Below, piece by piece: positions 19,186-28,729 of a DNA stretch of 64,000 bases. The stretch covers positions 9 through 64,008 of the forward strand of contig DATLOQ010000119.1 in assembly GCA_035536235.1 (NCBI GenBank). The letters are read 5' to 3'. The DNA is from Mycobacteriales bacterium (GTDB lineage Bacteria; Actinomycetota; Actinomycetes; BP-191). The notes below the pieces were generated by a model. It was not told the DNA's origin and did no database searches. It saw only the letters and a list, made by a program, of their open reading frames with translations. Both the position numbers and the translations under genes were made by a program. Numbering within the stretch: position 1 is the first letter of the stretch; every line of letters starts with the position of its first letter.

Positions 19186-19210
19186 TCCGCCCGCCGGCGG
19201 GGAAGCCAGC

Positions 19211-20440
19211 TCAGCCGACCTGCCAGCTCGCCGTCTCGACGAGCAGCTCCGCGCGGGGATGGGTCGGCAGGACCCACGGCGTCGTGTCGGCGACCTGCAC
19301 CTCGACGGTGAACGCGCCCCGTGGTCCCGCCTCCGTGCGGAGATCGAGCTCGGTCACGTCCCGGGCGACAACGCGACCGTCGATCGACCACGTGATGCGC
19401 AGCGTGCCGACTCGTGGCGTGGTGATACGCAAGGTCGCGCCGCGCCGCGCGGCGGCAGCCGGGGAAGCAGTCAGCAAGGGTCGGGCGAGCTCGTAGAAGC
19501 CGAGGACCATCTCCTCCCGACCGACGACGTTGAACTCGCGGCCGAGCGACCGCATGATCGAATTGGCACTGGGCCGGTAGTAGACAACCGGGTTGTAGCG
19601 GCCGCCGAGGTGGCTGCCGATCGTCCCTCCGTCCGGCGTGGACTGGCCGAACCAGCGCCACCACTTCAGCTGCTGCGGCACCATGACCTGCTCCGGGTAG
19701 ACCGTGGCGTTGGCCTCCGGTGCATCGCCGACGTGTGGAATGAGGTAAGGGCTGTCGTACTCGTCGGCGAGCTTGCCGATGGAATGTCCTAGCTCGTGGA
19801 TGGCGACCTGCCCGGCCTTGGCGTGGCCGCCGGATGCGGTAGCGACCTTGCCGCCGGCCCCGCCGTACTTGGCGCTGTTGCCGAGGGCCAGGACGTGGTC
19901 GACGTCAGGCACGAGCTCTTCCGCGGCGGCCAGTGCCTTGCTCTGGTTGACACAGAGCAGACGCTCAGTGCCATTGCACCAGAACTGCATGTCCAGCACG
20001 GTGTCGCGCGAGGTGCCGGGCAACGGGTCGTTGTCGACCCCGGACTCGGCCGAGACCACCTCGACCAGCCAGACGTTGAACACACCGCGGTAGCTGCGGA
20101 ACGGCTCGATCGAGAACAGCTCGTCCACTTTCGACGATGCATGCCTGTGGAACACGGGCTGCTCCGCCGCGGTGTAGCCGTCACCGACGACCACCAGGTC
20201 GAACGTCGTCTCGGCCGGCCCGGAGACCTGCAGCGGGACGACGCCGGTCGCCGCGGCCGCGGCCCGGCTTCGCTCTGCGGCGGACGTCTCGAGAGCCACC
20301 GGCACCCGCACACGCTCGATGCGGCCATCGGGACTGAAGACCTCGCGGACCTCATACGCCGGGGCCGCTGGCGGCTGCTCGGCGGCCGCCAGAGAGGACA
20401 CGGCGATGAGCGGCAGCGCGAAGACAGCGGCCAGCCTCAT
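19211..20440 (-). CDS. Secreted M64-family (IgA-peptidase-like) zinc metallopeptidase.
   Basis: Signal peptide and HELGHSIG zinc-binding motif. Confidence 0.65.
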   Translation of the reverse strand: MRLAAVFALPLIAVSSLAAAEQPPAAPAYEVREVFSPDGRIERVRVPVALETSAAERSRAAAAATGVVPLQVSGPAETTFDLVVVGDGYTAAEQPVFHRHASSKVDELFSIEPFRSYRGVFNVWLVEVVSAESGVDNDPLPGTSRDTVLDMQFWCNGTERLLCVNQSKALAAAEELVPDVDHVLALGNSAKYGGAGGKVATASGGHAKAGQVAIHELGHSIGKLADEYDSPYLIPHVGDAPEANATVYPEQVMVPQQLKWWRWFGQSTPDGGTIGSHLGGRYNPVVYYRPSANSIMRSLGREFNVVGREEMVLGFYELARPLLTASPAAAARRGATLRITTPRVGTLRITWSIDGRVVARDVTELDLRTEAGPRGAFTVEVQVADTTPWVLPTHPRAELLVETASWQVG

Positions 20441-20481
20441 CCAGGCGGCTTCGGCACGCGCCCGGCGATTCCTTGTCGGGT

Positions 20482-20505
20482 CTGCTGTCGGGTTGCCGAC
20501 AGCAG
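20482..20505 (-). terminator. Perfect 10-bp stem / 4-nt loop hairpin (CTGCTGTCGG GTTG CCGACAGCAG) immediately 3' of the HEPN gene stop.
   Basis: Seen in sequence. Position fits an intrinsic terminator; no U-tract, as is common in high-GC actinobacteria. Confidence 0.45.
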
Positions 20506-20507
20506 GC

Positions 20508-20954
20508 TCAGGCGCCTGGGCGCAGGAGCGGCAGGGCCTCCTGATGGGTGACCCGCAGGACCGACTCGGCGACGTGCAGGAACGTCTCGGCGTCGCGCAG
20601 CAGGTCGTCGGCCTCTCGAGCGCTCACCTGCCCGACCAGCCCGGCCTCCGCGGCGGCTCTCTTGCGGGCTCCGGCCGCGAAGAAGCTGGCCCATTCGGCC
20701 AGCTCAGGAGCCACCCGGCTGAGCAGCACCCACACGCTGATGGGGCGACGTCGGGAGCCCGCGCGCTGGTCAGGCTGCGCCTTGGCCGCCACCACCGCAG
20801 CCGCCGCGCGCAGCGCGGCGAGGTGGGCGGCGGCGTAGCGCTGCGCGGCGTTGGGTGCCATCGCAGCCTCGGCGACCCCGCGCCGGGACAGCCCGAGCAG
20901 GCCGGCACTGTCTGGGCCGGTCCCGGCGCGAGCAGTGATCGACGCGACGGTCAC
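20508..20954 (-). CDS. SAV_6107-family HEPN-domain protein.
   Basis: ...AERYAAAHLAALRAAAAVVAAKAQP...VWVLLSRVAPELAEWASFFAAGARKRAAAEAGL...VSAREADDLLRDAETFL matches the conserved actinobacterial SAV_6107 HEPN pattern. GTG start at 20954 preceded by GGAGG-N6. Confidence 0.6.
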   Translation of the reverse strand: MTVASITARAGTGPDSAGLLGLSRRGVAEAAMAPNAAQRYAAAHLAALRAAAAVVAAKAQPDQRAGSRRRPISVWVLLSRVAPELAEWASFFAAGARKRAAAEAGLVGQVSAREADDLLRDAETFLHVAESVLRVTHQEALPLLRPGA

Positions 20955-21148
20955 GAAGCACCTCCAGGAACGCACCAGCGGAGCAGCGGGCTCGAGCGGC
21001 CGCCGGCCCGGGTGACGCGCTTCCCCACGCGCCCCCGAGCCGGCAGGTCCCGGCCGGCGGCCGCCCAGGGTCGAGACTGGGCAGCCGACCGGCCAAGAAA
21101 CCTCCGCTCACCGGCGGACGCGCCCCGCGAGAGCCCGCCGTCGGTTGA

Positions 21149-21164
21149 TCGAACAGACGTTCGA
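21149..21164. promoter_or_regulatory. LexA SOS box (Cheo/mycobacterial type): TCGAACAGACGTTCGA.
   Basis: Perfect TCGAAC-N4-GTTCGA palindrome, 64 bp upstream of the crtA-like ATG and ~195 bp upstream of the divergent HEPN gene start. Confidence 0.65.
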
Positions 21165-21227
21165 CCATGCTGGAGAGTAAAGCCTGGGTGGGACAAACCG
21201 TCAACCCCGCTCCCCTACGCTGGGTCG

Positions 21228-21959
21228 ATGCCAGATTTCGCCGGGCAGCCGGCTGTCGAGAGCGCCCCGCTGGTGGTGCTCCAGGTCTGGACCGTGGCAC
21301 TGTCCTCGGTGCCCCATGCCATCGCGCGGATGGCCCTGGACCGCCGACCCTTGCGTAGGACTCCCGGGCTGAGCTTCAGCAAGCTGCTGGGCACCGGCGA
21401 CGGGCAGAGCTTCACCGTGCGCGACGCCGACGTCCGCCGGTGGGGGCTGCTGTCTGTCTGGGCCTCCGACGCGGCGTACGACGACTTCCGCAGGTTCTCG
21501 GCCGTCCCCCGACGATGGACGCGGATCGCCGTCGAGGAGTGGGCGGTGAGCCTGCGGCCCCTGTCCAGTCGCGGCGAGTGGTCCGGCCGGGCACCGTTCG
21601 GCGAGCCGATCCCACGGCGCTACGACGGTCCGGTCGCCGCGATCACCCGCGCCCGGATCCGACCCACGAAGGCAATGACCTTCTGGAAGTCTGTGCCGGC
21701 GGTATCCGCCGACCTGCGCACAGGCGCGGGACTGCGCTGGGCCCTCGGCATCGGCGAGGCCCCCATCGGTCTGCAGGGCACGTTCTCCCTCTGGGACGAC
21801 GCCGCGGCGCTGCGGGACTTCGCCTACGGGCGCGCTGCGCACACCACAGCGATCACCCGCACGGCGGAAGTCGGCTGGTACGCAGAGGAGCTCTTCGCCC
21901 GGTTCGCTGTCGAGGCGAGCTGCGGCACGGTGGACGGGCGAGATCCGGCGCGCGTCTGA
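21228..21959 (+). CDS. CrtA-like protein (spheroidene-monooxygenase family as annotated in actinobacteria).
   Basis: 243 aa: MPDFAGQPAV...VVLQVWTV...LGTGDGQSF...RW...ARFAVEA. Recalled family pattern (HLWRV / LGTG / ARFAV). The upstream 300 codons of the track ORF are non-coding. Confidence 0.5.
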   Translation: MPDFAGQPAVESAPLVVLQVWTVALSSVPHAIARMALDRRPLRRTPGLSFSKLLGTGDGQSFTVRDADVRRWGLLSVWASDAAYDDFRRFSAVPRRWTRIAVEEWAVSLRPLSSRGEWSGRAPFGEPIPRRYDGPVAAITRARIRPTKAMTFWKSVPAVSADLRTGAGLRWALGIGEAPIGLQGTFSLWDDAAALRDFAYGRAAHTTAITRTAEVGWYAEELFARFAVEASCGTVDGRDPARV

Positions 21960-22127
21960 GGGAATCGCTCGGTCTCGACAGGAGCGACTACGGGCCCGGG
22001 CAGCGCAGCGCCGCTGCCACCGCCGCCTGGCCGAGGCTGATCCCTCCGTCGTTGGGTGGGTGGATGCCCCTGCCGTCTCAGAAGCGGAGAGTAACGAACC
22101 CTGACGGAGTCCATAGACTCGTCCGAC

Positions 22128-23720
22128 ATGCGCGACGTCGTGGTGGTCGGAGCGGGGCACAACGCCCTGGTGGCGGCGTGCTACCTCGCGCGTGAGGGGC
22201 TCGACGTCGAGGTAGTCGAGCGCAGCGATGTCGTCGGCGGGGCGGTCTCCACCGTCGAGCGCTTCCCGGGTTACCTGATGGATCGCGGCTCGAGCGCGCA
22301 CATCATGATCCGGCACACCGGCATTCTCGAAGAGCTGCGACTCGCCGAGGCGGGGTTGACGTACCAGGACCTCGACCCGTGGGGCTTCGCGCCGTACGGC
22401 GAGGAGAGCATCTACTTCTCCGTCGACCTCGACCGCACGTGCGCGTCCATCGAGAAGGTGTGCGGGAGTCAGGACGCCGACGCCTACCGCGCCTTCGTCG
22501 ACGACTGGGCCGACCGCAACGAGCGAGTGTTCAGCGCCTTCCAGGCACCGCCGACAGGCGCCAACCTCGGCCGGCACCTGTGGGGCATCGGCAAGAGCAC
22601 CGGGCTCTCCGGCATGGAGCTGTCCCGGCAGTTCCTGACCACCGCGGACCAGCTGCTCGACACCCACTTCGACGACGAGCGCCTCAAGACCGCCCTCGCC
22701 TGGATGGGCGCGCAGTCCGGCCCGCCGACCCATGAAGTGGCGACCGCTGACCTCGTCGGCTGGAACACCCTCATGCATCGTCGCCCCCCGGGGCATCCGG
22801 TCGGCGGCAGCGGCCAGCTCTCCGTCGCCCTGGCCCGCCGCCTGGCGACGTACGGCGGGGTGCTGCGACTGGGCGACGGCGCGGCGCAGATCCGCACGCA
22901 GGACGGGCGGGCGACCGGCGTACGCACCATGAGCGGAGACACGATCGAGGCCGGCATCGTGGTAGCCGGATGCCACGTGCTGACCACCGTTGGCCTGGTG
23001 GGAGACGACGCCTCGGCCGGTCCGCGATGGCAGGAGCTGGCGCAGCGCGCGCGCCGTACGGTGCGCACCGGCAACGGCATCGGCATGGTCGTGCGGCTCG
23101 GGACAACCGACCTGCCCCGATACACCGCGGCGGATCCGGCACAGGACGGCGCGGAGCACCGGGCCATGCAGCTCATCGCACCGGACCGGGTGGCGTTGCG
23201 ACGAGCCCACGGCGAGTTCAGTGCGGGCCTCCCGCCGACCCGCCCGGCGGCGTTGGCGATGACCTTCTCCGCATTCGACGACACCATCGCGCCGCCCGGA
23301 AAACATAACGTGACCGTCTGGGGGCAGTGGCATCCCTACGAGCTCTCCAACGGTGAGAGCTGGGACGGCATCCGCGAGCGGGAGGGGCAGAAGCTCGTCG
23401 ACGCCGTCGACGCCGTCGCGCCTGGCTTCGCCAGCTCGGTGGAGCACATGCACGTCCAGACCCCGCTCGACCTGGAGCGCGAGCTCGGGCTGGTGCGTGG
23501 GCAGGTGATGCACGTCGAGATGGCGCTGGACCAGATGTTCGGGTGGCGCCCGCTCCCGGAGCTCGCCGGCTACCGCACCCCGCTCGGCGGGCTCTACCTC
23601 ACCGGTGCGTCCACTCACCCCGGCGGCGGGGTCTTCGGCGCCAGCGGTCGCTCCGCGGCCCGCATCGTCCTCGCCGACCGCTCCCCCAGCCTCCTCACCC
23701 GCTTGCGCCCCCGCCGCTGA
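22128..23720 (+). CDS. Phytoene-desaturase-family FAD oxidoreductase (CrtO-like carotenoid ketolase or CrtD-like desaturase candidate).
   Basis: VVVGAGHNALVAACYLAREG dinucleotide-binding start, 530 aa, C-terminal LYLTGASTHPGGGV motif typical of the CrtI/CrtO/CrtD family. Confidence 0.6.
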   Translation: MRDVVVVGAGHNALVAACYLAREGLDVEVVERSDVVGGAVSTVERFPGYLMDRGSSAHIMIRHTGILEELRLAEAGLTYQDLDPWGFAPYGEESIYFSVDLDRTCASIEKVCGSQDADAYRAFVDDWADRNERVFSAFQAPPTGANLGRHLWGIGKSTGLSGMELSRQFLTTADQLLDTHFDDERLKTALAWMGAQSGPPTHEVATADLVGWNTLMHRRPPGHPVGGSGQLSVALARRLATYGGVLRLGDGAAQIRTQDGRATGVRTMSGDTIEAGIVVAGCHVLTTVGLVGDDASAGPRWQELAQRARRTVRTGNGIGMVVRLGTTDLPRYTAADPAQDGAEHRAMQLIAPDRVALRRAHGEFSAGLPPTRPAALAMTFSAFDDTIAPPGKHNVTVWGQWHPYELSNGESWDGIREREGQKLVDAVDAVAPGFASSVEHMHVQTPLDLERELGLVRGQVMHVEMALDQMFGWRPLPELAGYRTPLGGLYLTGASTHPGGGVFGASGRSAARIVLADRSPSLLTRLRPRR

Positions 23721-23874
23721 TCGAGCCGCAGCAGCGACCAGCCAGACACGCAACCGGCGGCTCGGAGTCCTGCGTGGTGCTGAGGTGGCGGGTCGGTGGC
23801 GGGTGCCGGCTCCGGTTGTGTGGGGCTGTGGTCGCTCCCGTCTCGGGAGAGGCGCCTTGCGTATCGTGCCTGCC

Positions 23875-24645
23875 ATGTCTCGAACGACCGGGTTGCGTGG
23901 TACCTGGCTGCTCGCCGGACTCACCGTGCTGGCTCAGATCGGCTATCCGCTGACCTCCGGTACGGCGCGCGACCGGCTCACCGTCGCGACGGTGGCCTTG
24001 TTCTTCGCCACCTCGGTGACCCACGCGCTGATCACTCGGGGGGCCCGCTTCACGGCGGCCCTCGTCGGGGTGACGACGGGCGGCGGCCTGCTCGTCGAGG
24101 CGATCGGAGTGCGCACGGGCATCCCGTTCGGCGACTACGCCTACGCCGACTCCCTCGGCGCGAAGGTCCTCGGCGTGCCGGTCGTCATCCCGCTGGCGTG
24201 GACGATGATGGCCTACCCGGCGCTGCTGGTGGCTCATCGCGTGACGACCCGGCCGCTGCTCGAGGCCGTGCTTGCCGGGGCCGCCCTGGCCAGCTGGGAT
24301 CTCTTCCTCGACCCGCAGATGGTTGCCGCCGGGCACTGGATCTGGTCCGCGAGCGGCCCGTCGATCACCGGGATCCCCGTCAGCAACTACCTCGGCTGGC
24401 TGGTGGTCGCCACCGTCATGATGGGCTTGCTCCAGCAGCTCGTCAGGGACCGTGACGGCGGCGACGTCGCAGTCCCTTATGCGCTGTACCTCTGGACGTA
24501 CGCCTCGAGCGTGCTGGCCAACCTGGCCTTCTTCGGCCGGCCGCTGGTCGCCCTCGTCGGCGGGTTGGGCATGGGAGCTGTAGTGGCAATCTTCCTGCGG
24601 TCGACGCTGCACGCACCAGCTCGAGCTCGACTCGCCACTCCATGA
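23875..24645 (+). CDS. cruF: CruF-family carotenoid 1',2'-hydratase (Caroten_synth / DUF422 membrane protein).
   Basis: ~256 aa polytopic membrane protein (MSRTTGLRGTWLLAGLTVLAQIGYPL...) resembling the carotenoid biosynthesis protein family. Start at the internal Met; ATGA overlap with the downstream GT2. Confidence 0.5.
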   Translation: MSRTTGLRGTWLLAGLTVLAQIGYPLTSGTARDRLTVATVALFFATSVTHALITRGARFTAALVGVTTGGGLLVEAIGVRTGIPFGDYAYADSLGAKVLGVPVVIPLAWTMMAYPALLVAHRVTTRPLLEAVLAGAALASWDLFLDPQMVAAGHWIWSASGPSITGIPVSNYLGWLVVATVMMGLLQQLVRDRDGGDVAVPYALYLWTYASSVLANLAFFGRPLVALVGGLGMGAVVAIFLRSTLHAPARARLATP

Positions 24646-25787
24646 GTCTTGCCGTGCGCGCCGCCTCCATTGGCGCCGCCGCCTTCGCCGTGCACGCCGC
24701 GGTCAACAGCCGCGCACTTCGCCGGCCACCGACGCCTTCCGACTCGGTAGGAGAGCGAGTCAGCGTGCTGCTGCCGGCGCGTGACGAGGCGACCCGCATC
24801 GGTCCGACGCTGCGGGCGCTGCTCGCCCAGACCGGTGTCCCTCGGCTGGAGATCCTCGTGCTCGACGACGGCTCCACCGACGCGACCGCGGACGTGGTGC
24901 GCGCCACGGCCGGCGACGACCCCCGGGTGCGCCTCATCGAAGGCGGCACCGAAGTCCCGGCCGGCTGGCTGGGCAAGCCGTGGGCTTGCGCGCGGCTGGC
25001 TGACGCGGCAGGTCCTGCCGCGACGGTGCTGGTGTTCCTCGACGCCGACGTCACCGTCGCGCCCGACGGACTGGCCCGCACCGTGGCCCTGCTCCGTGAC
25101 GCGCGGCTGCAGCTCGTCTCGCCCTATCCGCGCCAGCTCGCCGACGGGATCGGCCCGCGGCTGGTGCAGCCCCTGCTGCAGTGGTCCTGGCTGAGCTTCC
25201 TCCCGCTGCGCGCGGCCGAGCACTCGGCACGCGAGTCGCTCGCCGTAGCCAACGGACAGCTGCTCGCGGTCGACGCCGACGCGTACCGCACCTGGGGCGG
25301 GCACGCCGCCGTACGGTCCGACGTCATCGAAGACGTCGCGCTCGCCCGGGCGGCGAAGCGTCACGGCTACCGCGCCACCGTTGCTGACGGCACCGACATC
25401 GCCACCTGTCGGATGTACGACGACTGGCCCGCTTTGTGCGAGGGCTACACGAAGAGCCTGTGGGCTGCCTTCGGCTCCCCCGCCGGCGCGACCGCGGTGA
25501 TGTCGTCCCTCCTGGCCCTCTACGTGCTTCCCCCCGCCGCAGCAGTCAGCTCGCTGCTGCGCGGTCGGCCGCGCGCCGCCGTCGTACCGCTGCTCGGCTA
25601 CGCCGCCGGCGTGGCCGGGCGGCTGGTCAGCGCCCGCCGTACCGGGGGGCGTTCGCGCGATGCTCTCGCTCATCCGGCCTCGATCGCCGTGCTCGCCGGG
25701 CTGACCGCGCGGAGCTGGCACGCGCGACGCACCGGCACCTTGACCTGGCGCGGCCGATCCCTCGACGCCGCCAGCACTGCTCGCTGA
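24642..25787 (+). CDS. GT2-family glycosyltransferase (CruC-like carotenoid glycosyltransferase candidate).
   Basis: VSVLLPARDE...LVLDDGSTD...FLDADV GT-A motifs with C-terminal TM segments. Translationally coupled to cruF upstream and the desaturase downstream (TGATG). Confidence 0.55.
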   Translation: MSLAVRAASIGAAAFAVHAAVNSRALRRPPTPSDSVGERVSVLLPARDEATRIGPTLRALLAQTGVPRLEILVLDDGSTDATADVVRATAGDDPRVRLIEGGTEVPAGWLGKPWACARLADAAGPAATVLVFLDADVTVAPDGLARTVALLRDARLQLVSPYPRQLADGIGPRLVQPLLQWSWLSFLPLRAAEHSARESLAVANGQLLAVDADAYRTWGGHAAVRSDVIEDVALARAAKRHGYRATVADGTDIATCRMYDDWPALCEGYTKSLWAAFGSPAGATAVMSSLLALYVLPPAAAVSSLLRGRPRAAVVPLLGYAAGVAGRLVSARRTGGRSRDALAHPASIAVLAGLTARSWHARRTGTLTWRGRSLDAASTAR

Positions 25788-27283
25788 TGGCGCGCATCGT
25801 CGTGATCGGTGCCGGTGTCGGCGGGCTCTCCGCCGCCGCCCGCCTCGCGGCGCTCGGACACCAGGTCACCGTGTGCGAGCAGGCCCCCGAGGTCGGCGGC
25901 AAGCTCGGTCTGCATGAGCGCGACGGATTCCGCTTCGACACCGGACCGTCGCTGCTGACGATGCCGCACCTGCTGCGCGAGCTCTTCGACGACACCGGGA
26001 GCACCCTCGACGAGGCCGTCACGCTGCGTCCGGTGGTGCCCATCGCGCACTACCGCTTCGCCGACGGCGCCGAGCTCGACTCAACCGGCGACCTCGACGC
26101 GTTCGCGGCCACCCTCGACGACGTGCTGGCTCCCGGCAGCGGCGCGGACTGGCGCCGGATTATGGCCCGCGCCGAGCAGATCTGGGCGGCCACCCACGAG
26201 GACTTCCTCGAGAGCGCGCTGGAGGGTTCACGCACTCTGCTGCGCCAAGCGACGCGAGTAGGGGACCTGCGGACGGTCGCGCCGTGGACCACGCTGCGCG
26301 GGCTCGGTCGCCGCTACCTGCGTGACCCCCGGCTGCGGATGCTCCTCGACCGCTACGCGACCTACACCGGCTCGGACCCGCGCCGCGCGCCGGCCGCGCT
26401 GGCCGTCGTGCCGTGGGTCGAGCAGACCTTCGGCGGGTGGTACGTCGAAGGCGGGCTCTCCCGCATCGGCGAGGCGATCCGCGACCGGGTGCTCGAGCGC
26501 GGCGCCGTCGTCCGGACCGGCGCAGACGTCGTCGAGGTGCGCATCGAGGGCGGCCGGGTGCGTGGGGTGCGCCTCGCCGACGGAGAGCTGCTGCCGGCCG
26601 ACCTGGTGGTCGCCAACGCCGACGCGACGCACCTCTATCGCGACCTCGTCTCCGACCCGCGCACGGCCGCCGTACGGCGACGCCTCGCCCGGGCCACGCC
26701 GAGCCTGTCCGGGTTCGTGCTGCTGCTCGGCCTGCGTGGGCGCACCCCCGACCTCGCCCACCACACCGTGCTGTTCCCGCGGAACTACGACGCGGAGTTC
26801 GACTCGCTCTTCGGCGCGACGCCGCGGCCGGTGCTGGACCCGACGATCTACCTGTCCGTGCCGACTGACGCGGCCATCGCGCCGCCTGGACACGAGGCGT
26901 GGTTCGTCCTGGTCAACGCGCCTCGACAAGGCCAGGCCGGTCGCGACGGGCCAGTCGTCGACTGGGGCGCTCCCGGCGTCGCCGACGCGTATGCCGAGCA
27001 CCTGCTCGACCTGCTGCGCGACCGCGGCCACGACGTGCGCGAGCGGATCGTGAGCCGCACCCTCATCAGCCCGGTCGACCTCGAGCGCCGTACCCGAGCG
27101 GTCGGCGGTGCCATCTACGGCACCAGCTCGAACGGCGTGCGCGCTGCCTTCCTGCGCCCGGCCAACCGCTCACCGGTGCCCGGGATGTACCTCGTCGGCG
27201 GCTCGGCTCACCCCGGCGGCGGGCTCCCGTTGGTGCTGCTCTCCGCCCGCATCGTGGCCGGACTCGTCGGCCCGGCCGGCTGA
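25787..27283 (+). CDS. Phytoene-desaturase-family oxidoreductase (CrtD-like 3,4-desaturase candidate).
   Basis: MARIVVIGAGVGGLSAAARLAALGHQVTVCEQ..., 499 aa, C-terminal MYLVGGSAHPGGGLP. Start at the ATG overlapping the GT2 stop. Confidence 0.6.
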   Translation: MARIVVIGAGVGGLSAAARLAALGHQVTVCEQAPEVGGKLGLHERDGFRFDTGPSLLTMPHLLRELFDDTGSTLDEAVTLRPVVPIAHYRFADGAELDSTGDLDAFAATLDDVLAPGSGADWRRIMARAEQIWAATHEDFLESALEGSRTLLRQATRVGDLRTVAPWTTLRGLGRRYLRDPRLRMLLDRYATYTGSDPRRAPAALAVVPWVEQTFGGWYVEGGLSRIGEAIRDRVLERGAVVRTGADVVEVRIEGGRVRGVRLADGELLPADLVVANADATHLYRDLVSDPRTAAVRRRLARATPSLSGFVLLLGLRGRTPDLAHHTVLFPRNYDAEFDSLFGATPRPVLDPTIYLSVPTDAAIAPPGHEAWFVLVNAPRQGQAGRDGPVVDWGAPGVADAYAEHLLDLLRDRGHDVRERIVSRTLISPVDLERRTRAVGGAIYGTSSNGVRAAFLRPANRSPVPGMYLVGGSAHPGGGLPLVLLSARIVAGLVGPAG

Positions 27284-28020
27284 CCGAGCAGGGCCCGGCG
27301 AACGGCGATCGCCAGCTGGACGACCGAGAACGCGCACAGCCCCCCGACTGCGGCCAGCCCGAGGGTCGGGAGCACCGGTGCCGCGGCGGGAAAGATGCCG
27401 GTGAAGTGGATGGTCGGGGAGCACAGCGCCACCCGGGTCGGCCGCTCCCCCGGCGTCACGACGCCGATGTCGCCCGCTCCAGCGTTGCCGGCGCGTGCCC
27501 GTAGGTACTCCAGCAGGAACAACGCCAGCCCGGTCAGGACGGCCAGCTCCAGCGGCCCGCCGAGCGCGACGATCGCGGCCAGGTAGAGAACGTCGCAGAT
27601 CCGGTCGGTGAGGCTGTCGAGGACGTAACCCCACTGCGATGTGCGCCGGGTGAGCACCGCGACGCAGCCATCCAGCGCGTCAAGCAGGCCACTGCCCACC
27701 ACCAGCCAACCGGCCAGGATCGGCCACCGACCGCCGGCCTCCGCGCCGACGTAGACGGCGAAGGCCAGCCACACCCCCCAGATGGTGAGCAGGTCAGGAA
27801 GCACGCCGCGACGAGCCAGCGGGCGGGCGATCGTGTAGGCGATTGTCAGCCAGCCGTGGGTGAAGGCATTGCCACGCGGGTCGTAGCCCTCGTGCAGCGT
27901 GCTCCACCGGGTGAAGTAGCCGTCCAGGTCCGGCACCGCCTCGTCCGGCGGGCGCGCGGTGGCCAGGCTCAGCACGACCAGCAGGGCGGCGAGGCCGAGC
28001 AGCACTAGGGGCTGGGTCAC
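27208..28020 (-). CDS. CDP-alcohol phosphatidyltransferase-family membrane protein.
   Basis: D(x2)DG(x2)AR...D signature (LLDALDGCVAVLTRR...DSLTDRICD). Convergent 76-bp overlap with the upstream desaturase 3' end. Confidence 0.55.
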   Translation of the reverse strand: MTQPLVLLGLAALLVVLSLATARPPDEAVPDLDGYFTRWSTLHEGYDPRGNAFTHGWLTIAYTIARPLARRGVLPDLLTIWGVWLAFAVYVGAEAGGRWPILAGWLVVGSGLLDALDGCVAVLTRRTSQWGYVLDSLTDRICDVLYLAAIVALGGPLELAVLTGLALFLLEYLRARAGNAGAGDIGVVTPGERPTRVALCSPTIHFTGIFPAAAPVLPTLGLAAVGGLCAFSVVQLAIAVRRALLGQPAGPTSPATMRAESSTNGSPPPG

Positions 28021-28212
28021 CAGCGCACCCTACGGTCATCACCAGCAGCGGCGTACGGCGCGGCGGCGCCCTGCGAGAACGGTCTTGCCGCACGGCCGTT
28101 CGACGTAGGACGGTGCCCTCATGAGATCACGCGTGCATCACGTCCCCGCCGGCTTTGCGGGCCCCGATGCCCTCGGCACCTGGTGGGCGCACCGCCGGCA
28201 AGGCTGCCGGCC

Positions 28213-28716
28213 ATGAACCGGCCGATGCCTCCGGTGTGCACGGCCGGCGAGCGACCGATGCTCGAGGCGATGCTCGACTGGTACCGCGCGGGGGTGCTGA
28301 GCAAGGTCGCCGGGATGAGCCAGGCCGACGCGACCTCGACGCCGCTGCCGTCGCCGACCACCGCGGCGGGGCTCGTGAAGCACCTGGCGCTGGTGGAGGA
28401 CTTCTGGTTCACGGTCGGCATCGGCAAGGCGGCCATCCCCGAGCCCTGGGCCGGCGTGGACTTCACGGTCGACCCGGACTGGGAGTTCCGCACGGCCACC
28501 GAGGCACCGCTCGCGGAGTCCGTGGCGCTCTACGTGCAGGCGTGCGAGCGGTCGCGGGCCGTCAACGCCAATCACTCGCTCGACGACATCGGCACCGACC
28601 GCCGTGGCGATTTCACGCTGCGCTGGGTGCTGGTGCACATGCTCGAGGAGACGGCCCGACATCTCGGCCACCTCGACATCCTCCGCGAGCTCGCCGACGG
28701 CACTACCGGCGAATAG
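28213..28716 (+). CDS. DinB/DUF664-family (mycothiol-dependent maleylpyruvate isomerase N-domain-like) protein.
   Basis: ERPMLEAMLDWYRAGVLSKVAGMSQADA...HLGHLDILREL pattern. Confidence 0.5.
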   Translation: MNRPMPPVCTAGERPMLEAMLDWYRAGVLSKVAGMSQADATSTPLPSPTTAAGLVKHLALVEDFWFTVGIGKAAIPEPWAGVDFTVDPDWEFRTATEAPLAESVALYVQACERSRAVNANHSLDDIGTDRRGDFTLRWVLVHMLEETARHLGHLDILRELADGTTGE

Positions 28717-28729
28717 CGCTAGAGGATCG

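Noticed and set aside
19187-19202. GC palindrome CCCGCCGGCGGG between convergent fadB and the M64 peptidase
   Set aside because: Too short and loopless to call a terminator with confidence. Noted only as a possible bidirectional terminator.
21201-23924. 907-aa ORF on the minus strand
   Set aside because: Antisense to three well-supported plus-strand genes (crtA-like, CrtI-family desaturase, cruF). Arg/Gly-rich low-complexity translation typical of high-GC antisense frames.
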